64,000 bases of DNA, from the NCBI GenBank assembly GCA_002633005.1, contig NMRA01000718.1, positions 27,565-91,564 of the forward strand. The letters are read 5' to 3'. Source of the stretch: Phoronis australis (lineage: Eukaryota > Animalia > Phoronida). The notes beneath the pieces are model-generated. The model made no database searches. It was not told the origin of the DNA and was given only the letters and a program-made list of their open reading frames with translations. Shown piece by piece: positions 12,796 through 25,089 of the stretch (positions are counted from its first letter, which is position 1; the number at the start of each line of letters is the position of its first letter). The position numbers and the translations under genes were made by a program.

Positions 12796-14470
12796 GCAAG
12801 GCTACGGCAACCGATAGTATGCAATGACCATCCCTTTAAAAGACACTGCTGTACTCTCTCCAGTTTCATAGTGATCACAGCAAATCAAGATAGAGTTTAC
12901 TAACCACAAATGGAAGGAATAGTTCAAGAATTCTGAGCCTGTGTCTACAACATTTATATTTGGGACATGAGTTTTGTTATTTATTTCCTCGTACAGTTTT
13001 CTGTGCCCTAACCAAAAATGCAATGGAGTTCCTTTGCAGTAGCCAATAGACATTTCAACTTATTGAAAGTGGGATTTTATTGATTTTGTATACAGATACT
13101 GTTGTGACAACTCAGATGTTACCTACTGTGTGTAACCGTAACAGACATTGCAAGATATACCCACACAGGACTTTGATTTTGTATGTGAGCTCCTGAGTGG
13201 CAGTCCATGCTTTTTCGCAGACTCATTCTGTCTGTGGCAAATTGCCAGCCAGCATATGTTCACATGTCATTTTGATTTTGTGTGGCAGTTTTGTACGCGA
13301 CTTTTGCCAGTGTCATTGACATTTCTCTCATTGTGAGACACTCGCATTGCTCCCTTTCAGTCAACTGCAGAAACTACTATTGTCATTTGGAGTGGATTTC
13401 AGAATAGCTGCCGATGATAACAATTGAGTTCTTGGATATAAATATGTCAATCTCAAAATGGCGTGGAAAATATGTTGCAAGCATTTTGTCCCGTCAGCAC
13501 GCCATCTGTTGGCCACATCACCTTACCTAAAGAGTTGTTGCTGTTAACTTAAAATTAATAGCAACTTTAAGTGATTCCTGTCAACTAGTGTTCCTGTCAG
13601 TTGAGAAAGTTCACTTCAATTTATTAGACAGTCATAACTGGGTGGCCTACATTGGTAAACCCCTGTATCCTTGTACTTACTCCAAAATTTGTTACAACTA
13701 AGTTATCCATTACGAGGGGTATTCATTACTTCATTTTTTCCTCCAACATATTTGACTGTTGAAACCCTTAATCGTTGTTTAATTGGTACTTTTACCTCTG
13801 TAGGTACCTTTAGCTCAATCAATATCATCTGATTAACTATTTTACGTTTTCAAACAAATATGTACTCTACGATATTTACTTACAACAAAACTCGTTTCTT
13901 AAAATTAAACCTAGAAGTTGTACTATCAAACTATCTTGTCAGTTATATAGTCCGATTACCTCTCGTCGTCAGTCTCCAAAGGTCGTCCGCCATCTTGTTT
14001 CGCGTGCAGCGCTGCCACGCGGGACTTAGCGTTCCAATTTGGAACGCTCGTCTGCACGTTAGGTACTAACCTCTCGGGAGAAACACGCGTGGAAGAACTG
14101 AGACTAAAATTAATGCATTTACCGACTGTTTTTTTGAGACCACTTAAAAACTTGTTGATTTTACTAATGNNNNNNNNNNNNNNNNNNNNNNNNNNNNNNN
14201 NNNNNNNNNNNNNNNNNNNNNNNNNNNNNNNNNNNNNNNNNNNNNNNNNNNNNNNNNNNNNNNNNNNNNNNNNNNNNNNNNNNNNNNNNNNNNNNNNNNN
14301 NNNNNNNNNNNNNNNNNNNNNNNNNNNNNNNNNNNNNNNNNNNNNNNNNNNNNNNNNNNNNNNNNNNNNNNNNNNNNNNNNNNNNNNNNNNNNNNNNNNN
14401 NNNNNNNNNNNNNNNNNNNNNNNNNNNNNNNNNNNNNNNNNNNNNNNNNNNNNNNNNNNNNNNNNNNNNN

Positions 14471-14836
14471 ATCAAAGATGATCTTAATAACGAACTTTAA
14501 CTATTCTTGGTTACAGTGTAGCCTATTACATCAACTTGCATCGTTATCAAAGATGATCTTAATAACGAACTTTAACTATTCTTGGTTACAGTGTAGCCTA
14601 TTACATCAACTTGCATCGTTATCAAAGATGATCTTAATAACGAACTTTAACTATTCTTGGTTACAGTGTAGCCTATTACATCAACTTGCATCGTTATCAA
14701 AGATGATCTTAATAACGAACTTTAACTATTCTTGGTTACAGTGTAGCCTATTACATCAACTTGCATCGTTATCAAAGATGATCTTAATAACGAACTTTAA
14801 CTATTCTTGGTTACAGTGTAGCCTATTACATCAACA
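14471..14836. repeat. 75-bp tandem repeat, about 4.9 identical units, running into an assembly gap
   Basis: Unit ATCAAAGATGATCTTAATAACGAACTTTAACTATTCTTGGTTACAGTGTAGCCTATTACATCAACTTGCATCGTT. Confidence 0.95.
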
Positions 14837-15008
14837 TTGCATGGTCTTAGCTTAACTTGTCCTGAGTTATGCAACTGCTGGACTGAAATTTATTTCGGTC
14901 ACAGAAAAAGTTCTGTTACCGACCACCTTCTCAGTCACCAACTGAAGGAAAACACTACTTCAAAACTCTAGCCTATCAGTTAGCGGAGTTTAACGGCAAT
15001 AACCATAA

Positions 15009-16665
15009 CATAATCATAAATGGTGATTTTAATGCCCGAAACTCCACACGGTTTAATGATGATCATGTCAATATGGCCGGACTACAATTGTTTGATATCT
15101 TACTTTCTAATGACTGCATACAGCTAATAAATGAGCCAAGGCGCCTACCGACATTTCTCAATCATCTATTGATCTCGTCATAAGAAACAATTTGAATATC
15201 ATTGAATCATTTTCTGTACTACCTCCTGTTGGCAATTCTGATCACCACACAGTTGAAACCATTCTAACACTTAACAAATCGGTTAAAGAGCGAGACACCA
15301 CACGAACCATATGGAAATGTGATCAAGTCGACATGGATAAACTACGTCAGGAATTCATCTCCACTGATTGGGATTCCATACTGTACACCGGCTACGTTGA
15401 TGACACTGTCTCACTCTTCACAAGTACTCTCCATGGCATTTTAAAAAACGACATAGCATCAAATAAAACAGCCAACTATGATACAAAAATAATATTAAAC
15501 GGCCAAACCCCACTAGAAACAACTAGTTGAGAAGACCAAACAACACTAAAACAGATATAAGGATCGGTCACTCCTGGTAGAGACTTAAGTAAGTCAAGCC
15601 AAAGCTGATCACCGTCAAAAGCTTTTTTTCACAAATTAACAGTGTAAGCCGGTACTCCAAAGAATACTGGAACTCTATCAAAAATCCGCGGCAGTCAACA
15701 ACAACCCTCTTAAAGAGTTATCAACCACAATGGTAACGTATCATCAAGTAACAATGAAAAATGCGACATATTCCTCAAGATTTTCACGAGAAAAAGCCAC
15801 ATCACACCAACTGATGTGGGTAACTTTCCCGGCTTTCCACGAACGATGTCTCGATCAACTGTCTGATATCCTGAATAATCAGACATCCGCAAGGAACTCC
15901 ATGAAATTGACACCAATCACAATGACACAACTTTAACATCACGAGGGTGAGCAAAATCACTGCCAACGAAATTACAATGTCTTTAACTAACCTATTTAAC
16001 TGACCTATTTAATTGACCTATTTAACTGACCTATTTAACTGGCCTATTTAACTGACCTATTTAATAAGATTCTTCAGGTAGGTGTGTGTTCTTCTTGAAA
16101 AAACGGAGTAATAGCCCCTATACTCAAAACGACTCCAAAACTGCAGTTTCTAATTATAGCCCAATAACTTGACTTAACATCCTACCCAAAATCTTCAAGA
16201 TCATTGCTTAAAATGTTGTTACATTTCTCAAATAAAACAACTTGATTTATTATCGTCAATTTGGATTTTTGCCAGGAAACAGCACCGTGGCATAACTTGT
16301 TGAAATAGTACATGAGATTCATTTACACTTCGAGAAGTGCGAGAGTGTCAGGTCCATCTTTCTAGATATAGCCTCTGTTTTCAACGCATCCCTCATGACC
16401 TTCTGTTCCACAGACTCCAACCCTATGGCATTACTGGGAATCTTCTAAACACGATCACCTTATATCTCTCGGATCGTACATACAGTGTTCGTGTCGACGG
16501 TGTCCTTTCAACATCATCTCCTCTTGGCTTTGTAACCGCAGTTGTGCCGCAGGGTAGCGCATATGGCCCTCTTCTCTTCTTATTTTATGTTAATGACCTT
16601 CGTGGTAACCTCTCATGTAGCGCATATCGTTATGCAGATGACATGGCGCTTCTTTATCCCTTTTC
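15009..16665 (+). mobile_element. Degraded CR1/L2-group non-LTR retrotransposon ORF2 (APE endonuclease plus reverse transcriptase)
   Basis: Endonuclease motifs IINGDFNARN, QLINEP, IDLVI and PVGNSDHH. RT motifs FLDI, YGITGNLL, YLSDR, VPQGSAYGPLLFLFYVNDL and YADD. Many stops and frameshifts. Confidence 0.92.
15982..16064. repeat. 13-bp minisatellite (about 6.4 units) inside the LINE
   Basis: TTTAACTGACCTA repeated. Confidence 0.9.
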
Positions 16666-18504
16666 AGGAAGAAACTGTGAGAATAGAAAATGAAATTTAA
16701 ACCAGAAAAAAGCGTTGACCTCACTCGTACAAAAATCAATTTTAAACATATTTTTCATATTTTTGACAATCAATAGCTCTGACAATTCTCATTGCCCCAC
16801 TAAAACGAAGTAGCATTGTACTGATCGAGATGCAGTCTTTTCCTCAACACCGACAAGTTTAGGCACAACTTTAGTAACGTCTCTTCAAACTGTAGTTAGT
16901 GACCATTTATCACCGTATTTCTTCAAATGTCCCCTCATCAAATGCCAAAAGAACTCACTCTTTCGTGCACTCAATGAAAACCAGTTAATTGAAAACGCTT
17001 TCAATTCTTGTAATAATATGCTTCATTATTTCCCTTGAATGTTCTGTGTGTTCTTGAACAAATATATTTCACCTTAAAAAATTCCGCCAAGTTATTTGCC
17101 CAATAAGCGGAAGGTGTCGCCTCTCTGGGACCTCCATATAAAATATCGGGAGAGACTTGTGAATTGTACTTCGTGAAAACTTACGCAACCTTCATCTAAT
17201 TTTGACAAATGCAGTCTAGATTGCATTTACATGTATATCGTTTCGATTAAATGTGATATCACATCTATGTCCAATTTCAGAGACGAATATCATTTACTGA
17301 GGCATGTGATTTCTGTTGACTAACGATTCGACCCCATAGTATCGAATTTTACGATTCCGAAAGGAATGCTTTTGTAGAAGAAACTCTCAAAATGCTGTGT
17401 CTGGCAATTGCGTCATATCTGGTTTGTAATAGTCGTAAAGGTAAATTATCGTTTTGGCGGTCGAAAAAATCAATTCAGGGATTATCGTTGAATGGAGTAG
17501 ACAATACTTTTGTGATTTCATTACAAATCGAAAAAAAGTTGGAATTTGAATATCGTGTACAGCTTGACAAGATTCAGATGTGCTCAATTCAGTTTAAGAC
17601 CAACAACAGGTAAAACCGCAAGGGGTGCTAAACTTTCATAAAGGATATACATTTGTTGCGACTTAAAATGCTGTTGAAAATGAAACTCCATTTTTACTTG
17701 TATATCCTGTATATTTAAAGATCTTTCCCAGCGATACTTCACATCTATCAGAAATACACTAGATGGCACTTTTGTAAATATAATGAAAACAAACGTATAA
17801 TTGAATTGAGAAACTGGTGTAAGTTAATTTGCTATAGAAGACGGGGATCTGTTGACGACGTACAACTTTTGCTCATGTGTACGTTATTGTTCGTATGTTA
17901 TTGCTTGTAATGTGGACCAGTGGCCAAATTACATAAAGTGATTGGTGTCCTTGTTTGTCATTTATCTTTCTGACATCAATAAAGGTTCACTGTTGCCATG
18001 TGACCAGCTTGGAATGCTGACGTAAAATATTTGAAAAGTTGGGTGACACGCGATAAGTCGTTCTTCAGTAGTTCGACTCGCGGGTTTTCGGCCTTATCTT
18101 TCAAAGTAGGTCAAATACGCAAAGCATTTTTCTACCTCTGTACGGAGGATAAGTGAATTCGGGATGTGGCAACTAGACTCTTTTTACGACACTAACGCTA
18201 AAATATAATCAAATTGCTGAAAATTCCGGTCGCGTTCCAACCCAAAGCACTCGGGAGAAAAGGTAGTGCAAACAGGTGGTTCGATATCTTGCAAGATTTG
18301 CATAATCTCGCCCTTTCCGCTAGAGTGAACTCGTTGTACGAAATGCATTCCGGCTCACTTGACTTAGTGAATAAAGTCATCGGGTGTTTCTCATCACCAC
18401 CCCGACAAAATGCATCTCCTACCGCACGATTTCGCTCTGTCGGCCATGTTGTATTTTTTACTTCTTTTCGGTATCAAAAGAACTAGATCCTGAGCGAACT
18501 GTCA

Positions 18505-19559
18505 CAGGGTGTTCCAATCGAAACAGAGACCCCGGTGAAGCCAGATATCCCAGAGTCGAAATCAGACTCCCACCCCTTCAAAAGCAGCTAAACCAACCCA
18601 AGAAACACAGACCCGGCCTTTAAAAAGGGAACCCCGGATTCGGACAGGACACCTGGGGGACCGAAACACCACTCCAGCACTTTTTGTCAAACATTGTTTG
18701 ATGAAAAATAAATCTTACTACTTTAAATAGTTGTTGTGATATGTTGTTTTACTATAATGGGAATTTCAGACAACTTATGACGGATTGGCGTTTTAAGTTA
18801 CATGGGCAGCGCAGCACTGAAAGCAGTGGGGGGGGGGGGGGNNNNNNNAGCCCCCTCAGCCCCCCTGTGGTGCACCGCCTATAAACCATGTGCGGCGTAG
18901 CACTGAAAGATGTCGGGGTATAGCCCCCCAGCCCCCTTTGGTGCGCCGCCCAGGCGTTATTTTGCTGCTAAAGTTGTGCTGCGATCTTTTGCGTCGGCTT
19001 TCGGCGCCATGAAATATTGCGTCACCTATTGGCTAGTTTCTTTTTCTTCAATTCTTCAATTGACTGTTCTTCTCCCACGAGGTTGCATACATGTTACAAC
19101 AAATTTATCAACAATGGCACTCGAAAGTCGAAATAATATTTTTGTTTTTCATTTTTGAAAATATTTTTGGTGAAACTATTAAATGATCTGAAATTAACTA
19201 AATATTGAGTGAGATAAGAACGTGTTGAGAGTATACATTATGTTGAAATTCGCAGAGAAGTTGCACGAGTTTTACCGATAAAAATCAAATAAAATTCAAT
19301 ACAAGTTATGTTTATTATTGACAATTTTTAACTAGCAAATGCAGAAAAGAACTAGAAAGTACTTGAAGATGCTTTAACTCAAAGTTTGAGGCTACTGACA
19401 ACGGTCTCAGAAAATTTAAAAAATTGTCCAGGTTTCCTGTCCGACCCCGGGGTTTCTGTTTGAAAGGTCTGGTTTTGGGCTGGTTAGCTGTTTTGAAGGT
19501 AAGGGAGTCTGTTTTCGACTCCGAGATATATGGGCTTCCGGTTTCGATGGAACACACTG
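18505..19559. mobile_element. Putative hAT-like element with ~150-bp related inverted ends, containing nested repeats and a small gap
   Basis: Left end CAGGGTGTTCCAATCGAAAC, right end GTTTCGATGGAACACACTG. The subterminal sequences are mutually homologous. No TSD was found. Confidence 0.5.
18801..18953. mobile_element. Two adjacent short GC-rich MITEs (CATGGGCGGCG-type TIR; relative at 55689-55779)
   Basis: CATGGGCAGCGCAGCACTGAAAG..GGTGCACCGCCTATA and CATGTGCGGCGTAGCACTGAAAG..GGTGCGCCGCCCAGG. Confidence 0.6.
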
Positions 19560-19587
19560 TGTAACGTGGCACTCAACCACAGTTAGC

Positions 19588-20302
19588 CACAGGCGTCCTC
19601 AGCTTCTGATCGTCCCCAATACACTACATATAATACTACAAGGTATGACACTTCCGACCAGAAATTCCACGGGTGCTTCACTTCAGCCGTCCATAGCAAA
19701 CATAAAACTCAATAAATTTACACAAAACAGAGATTCAACAAACCATGAAGAATTGTTCTTTCTCCCAATACCATTCACGGTGTCCTGTTCCGGCGATTTC
19801 GTAAGAAATTCGCAGTCAAAGAACAAAAATGTTCACAAAAAAACCCCGCACACGTCCATCGGTTGCCGCTCGCGGTCAAGGACGGTACGGAAATTGCCGG
19901 TGAGTTACGGAAGTACCGACATAGGTCGCGTAAAGCAAAGACGCTACGGTCTCCGCGTAAAGTCACGATGTCGGTACTTCCGTAACTCACCGGCAATTTC
20001 AGTACCGTCCTTGACCGCGAGCGGCAACCGATGGACGTGTGCGGGTTTTTTTTGTGAACATTTTTGTTCTTTGACTGCGAATTTCTTACGAAGTCGTCGG
20101 AACAGGACACCGTGAATGGTATTGGGAGAAAGAACAATTCTTCATGGTTTGTTGAATCTCTGTTTTGTGTAAATTTATTGAGTTTTATGTTTGCTATGGA
20201 CGGCTGAAGTGAACCACCCGTGGAATTTGTGGTCGGAAGTGTCATACCTTGTAGTATTATATGTAGTGTATTGGGGACGATCAGAAGCTGAGGACGCCTG
20301 TG
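19588..20302. mobile_element. 715-bp foldback (palindromic) DNA transposon with 335-bp arms and an 8-bp TSD
   Basis: Arms 19588-19922 and 19968-20302 are near-perfect inverted repeats around a 45-bp spacer. Termini CACAGGCG...CGCCTGTG. CAGTTAGC is duplicated at 19580-19587 and 20303-20310. Confidence 0.93.
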
Positions 20303-23300
20303 CAGTTAGCTAGCCCCATCTTTCATTATCTTCCCAACGATAGCCGTAGTCAACCCGTCTCGGTCATATCTTAAATAGACAATGCTGTAACAATGCTGGT
20401 CAATTATTCCACATGGGACCATCTATGTTTTTGGTAACCCAGCGTAAATGATAATTTTATGTTATTATATCGTTGTATGTAAGCAATTATTGGTGGAACT
20501 TGCCAGCCAATAAAAACCGCTTGTAAAATCTTCAAACTGATATACATGTTATTGGCGGCTTTAGTGCGACAACTGTCCTACCAGCCTGTTACTTCGTAAG
20601 CAGGTACTATGGCAGTATCTTACTGAGATCTCGTCAGATTGTCTCCGCATGTAATGAGACGCATTATCTTGTAATATCGGCCATCAAAAGCGATATACCA
20701 CTTTCGCGTTGTCCCTTTGCCGAACTGTTTTGGTAGTTCTAGTTAAGCCGACTCGTGGACGACACGTTCGCGACACCTGCTGACTGTTTTTCCGGTAAAC
20801 TCATTCATTTTGGGAGGTCACGCGGTACACTCACAGCCGCCCCATGCTGATGCTTTCCGCTCTCAGTTTTTTGAGGTGTTTACAAGAGGAGCTTTATTTA
20901 TTACGATGGTAAGAACACGGTGAAGAATCAGACACATGGCAAAACTACAAAACGTGAAGAATTTTTAACGAAGTTCACAGAACCACTATTTTGCTGAGGC
21001 GGTTATTTTTTATCAGGCAATCCGAAGTGCGTTTAAACCCCCAGAGATCATTCCCACGTTTCGAGTACCCATCAAGATGGATTAAGCTCTGCAAAGTGCG
21101 GACAATTTCTGTTTCAAGCACGGGAACAATTGAAAGTCCATAACATGAGAACGTTTTCGAAAAAACCTCGCTTTTTAGGGGACGGAATTTTGGAAACAGG
21201 TGATTCCCGTTGAATTGCTTCTAGGCATGTGCAGTTTGTCGACGTATTATTATAAAATTATGGACCTATTCCAAGGTCAGTTTCAAGTTTTATGTGGACC
21301 AACGTTGTTTTCCTGAGGTCCGTATACTATGTAAGATGTCGGCTTCACAAATTTTGATGCTTATTTACTCTGATTTCTGCATGTGTCAGATTGGTACACG
21401 TTTTCCTATTTTATTGTACTACATTTTCCGCTTGTTAACTTTGTTCACCCAATCAGAAGTTTTCTGCTGCGTCAAATCACGAATGACGACATCTATTTCC
21501 GGTTGCATGAAACAGCGCGAAGTAAAAAGATTTTACTCAATTTTGCCTTTCACCGCATTTGTGGACTTGTGCAGACATTGACTGTGCTTTCTAATGCCAC
21601 TTTGTCTTTATTAATGACTCAATTTTTAACTTGATAATGTAATTAGGAAACTTTCCATGCAATGTGCCGAATTGCAAGGGACATAATCAGCAAGATAAGT
21701 TATTTTCTGAGATTAGCCTCAGCGCAACTACCGCGGTCGCAGTCTGCTGGCTAAGCTAAAAACCACTTGATAAGTGCTTAGGCATAAAAGTCCGCTATCT
21801 TTATGTCTTCATATGTCTGGTAACAAGCATTGACGATTTCAGTTGATCGTAAAGTCGACAATGTCTCTTTTAAGTGGAACTTCCACACCAATTTCTTATC
21901 TATGTGATTGCTTGTTCAAATTAGCTAGAAATACAACATATAGCGACGATGTGAATACGAAGTAGGTTGAAAATTTGCAAAATGTTTTTAAGAACGAGTT
22001 TTGTGTCGAAAATGATCCGCCATAAATCACTCAACCGTGTCCCGAGTAAGCATCGTGACGTGGTGTTGGGTAATAACCCCCTTCTGATGCGGTGAGCACC
22101 CAAGGTACGTCATCAGTGCAAAGGTCACCTATTTGCAGATTCACATTTACAAGTTATCAATGAATACAACTGCACTTTGTTTAGCGTAGACGATGTTCAA
22201 TAGCATTGTCGTTTTAGCACCTGGTATACATCAGCATAGCTAGGAGCATGCAAATCTTTAACGACGTTCTAAGTCCCTATTTTATTTTAATTGAAGGCAT
22301 GTTATTGGAAAACAACCTGCACTGAAGATAAAGTGAAATAAACAAAAATATCTATGCATGTAAGTAAACAAAGACACATAAATGCGCAGAAGACTTGAGA
22401 AAAATAGTTGTGTCCTTATATGGGACTGTTTCGTGCAAATTGGCACTGGCATCAGAGCTACATGGGTGGAAAGTGATATTAATAGGCTGGTCCCGGAGTG
22501 CGCAACCATAGAACTCTCCTTTGACCCGTTGGTTTCATAGGTCTCAATTTGGAATGTCAGGCACATTTTCACAGGTTATGTCGAGAAGCATGAATGTGGA
22601 AATGTTTCCGATTTCAACCGTTTTAAAGTACCGGAAGTGAAAGATATCTCGAAGAGAGGCCATTCTGTTGGGTTAAAATTAAGCCAACGAATTTGCTTTT
22701 CCAATGGCTCCCCATTTTGTCTTTGGTGCCAAGAAGGTGAAGAACTTAACATCACACATCCACGTATAATTTGTCAAGTTCGTCCATTTTGTATCCCCTT
22801 AGTGTTGCAGACCAAAACACAGCAGTAGTACTTTGTTGGCATTTAAAGGACAAATAGAGTAACGCAGGGGAAAATCCATTCACGTGTTTGTATTTTGTTG
22901 GTGATTCAGATACATGGTTTGATTTTTATTAAAGGATTTATCTACGTAGGTGAAAACATTGCGTACAAGCCAATGTCATCTAACAGTATCGTTGAGGCCT
23001 TCTGATAACAGATCCACCTAATGCTCTCATGCTGCAAATGTAAGTGGCCGACAAAACGTCACTGACCTCGCACTTGTCTGTACTACCATTTTCAGGATTA
23101 AAATTAACAACGTTTGAAAAATACGACAATTAACAGTTAGAACATTTCCTATCAACTAAACTCATACATATAACTGGAAACGAATAAATGTATTGTAAAT
23201 CACAATTTTGGAATTTTTGTAATAGTTTTCCCAACGTTGTAGGAGCTGTGATCTACAATTTTGTGCGATATTTGAGCGACATTTTGTGCAACAGCTCAAA

Positions 23301-25089
23301 TTATTTTTATCCCCCTTTTTAGTTGCTTTATCATCTATCGTCATTAAAAAATTCCTGACGAAAGTGTCATCTCGCACCGTCTAATACAGAGTAATTCATT
23401 TTCCCATGTGAGGAAATTTCCAGAAAAAATCACAAAATTTACGATTATTAAAATATGCGTGAAGGTGGTTACCACAGAGTAATCTCCATCTCACTTATGA
23501 TAAATGCGCGCATGCGCTCACAGTCAGTTGCTTGAAGTCGCTTGATGTCAAAGGTCGCGTTTTCCATATAACGGAAATGTGCTACGTCTATGTCTTGCCA
23601 TCATACCAAATAAGAAGACGTGCTTTGCCTTGTGGGCGAAAAATCGACGAAGTGGCGAGCAGTTGACCGATCGTTTTTTGAAATTTGAAACTAAAAGAAA
23701 TATTAACATAAATCAAAAATCTTTAGGAGCAAACCCTAAAAATACCTGTTGAGCAGGTTGAATTCTGCTCTGAGGAGGTTAGTTTTACATCCTTTACAAA
23801 CATTTCAAGATCTGTTGGAGAAGATGTCTTGTAAACTTAATTTGTAAACAATTTTGAGCTAACTGTCACGTCTCAGTCCAGATCTGGGGTCTTTATCATG
23901 AAAATTGACTGAAGACTTTTAAGTCTTAAAAGACAGAAATTTGGTCTTGGGATCCACATAAACATTTCTGAACAATCATTAAATCTCACTTGAGTAAAAG
24001 TGCAAAGTTTCTCAGAATATGCACATAACTGTTAGTTTCTGAGATAATGTCTATGAATTATTTCTCGACTGGGATGCGCTCACAGTTGTGGAGCGGGAGC
24101 GTGAGACCAAACTTATGTCTCAAGTTTCAAGTAGAAATGTCCCACTATCACGTATTTTTCCACCTCATGTGTTGTTCGATGCTATACCCTTCCGTACATT
24201 ATACAGAGCACCTCAATGCCAGAACCATGAAGGCAATGGCTATTCCCCTACAAAAATAGAAATCTCCGTAAAGACGGATCAATGATATGTAAGAATATAT
24301 AATTTAAAAAAGAGTGGCAACTCTTTTGCAGTGTGTGAGAAATTTAAGTACCACTCGCTTAACTCGATTTCTAATTGGGGTGAGCCAGACGGGCCTGGTT
24401 GACATTAAAGGACATTTTGGTACGCTAGATAGTTTTTGTCCCAATCGTTTGATTATTCCAAGGTACAGCAGTGAAAATTTGTTTCACGTTATAATAATCG
24501 TAAAGAATTTATTAAAAAACCATAAGTTTTGGTATTATTGTTGTATGGGACGCCTTGGAGTATAAGCTTTAACCAGAGCTATAAAACAAGAAAATCTACT
24601 GTGTTCCGTGATTTAATCGTCAGCTCTCGCCGCTGGTTGTCAGTCATTCGCTGAAATCGAGGCTGGTGACTTCATTAGTGAAATACCCTTAAAATATCCG
24701 TCTACTTGCAGTGCGAGGTTTAGCTCCGTTAGCAAAGCGAGCTGAGGTGGTGGGTTGGAATCTGTCTTGGGGCTGATTTAAAAAATCAATTTCCTTGCCT
24801 ATCGTCTCAGTTTAATGTGGAGAGGTATGGGGTCTATTGTAAGCACACGATATACATGTACCTGCGTTATCAAAATCAATGTCATGGTGGTGATAAGGGT
24901 ATGTAGAAAAACACCCCTGTTGCCATGGTTTTGTGTCTGTGGATACGTTGGAAGGGTCTGCACGCAGTCGCACCATTTAATTGCAACCTGAGCAGTCAAT
25001 TTTGTACACGACATCTCTACTAGGGAGTTTTTCAATTAAGGATAAAAAAGGATAAAAATCGGCTAAACTTCAATGGGTTCTTGCGTTAA

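Noticed and set aside
14471-14836. 75-bp repeat as a CRISPR array or a repeat protein (ORF 14478-14855)
   Set aside because: The units are identical head to tail with no unique spacers and there are no cas genes. The ORF is a by-product of a unit length divisible by 3.
19645-20245. Two mirror-image 156-aa ORFs
   Set aside because: They result from the palindrome and show no recognisable domain.
20840-21070. Possible ninth THAP remnant (HYFAE..RLNP..IIPTF across frames)
   Set aside because: No recognisable cysteine ligands; too degenerate to support.
24700-24780. tRNA-like A/B-box sequence (TAGCTCCGTT..GGTTGGAATC)
   Set aside because: It does not fold into a cloverleaf. At best it is a decayed SINE head, so it is not called as a tRNA.
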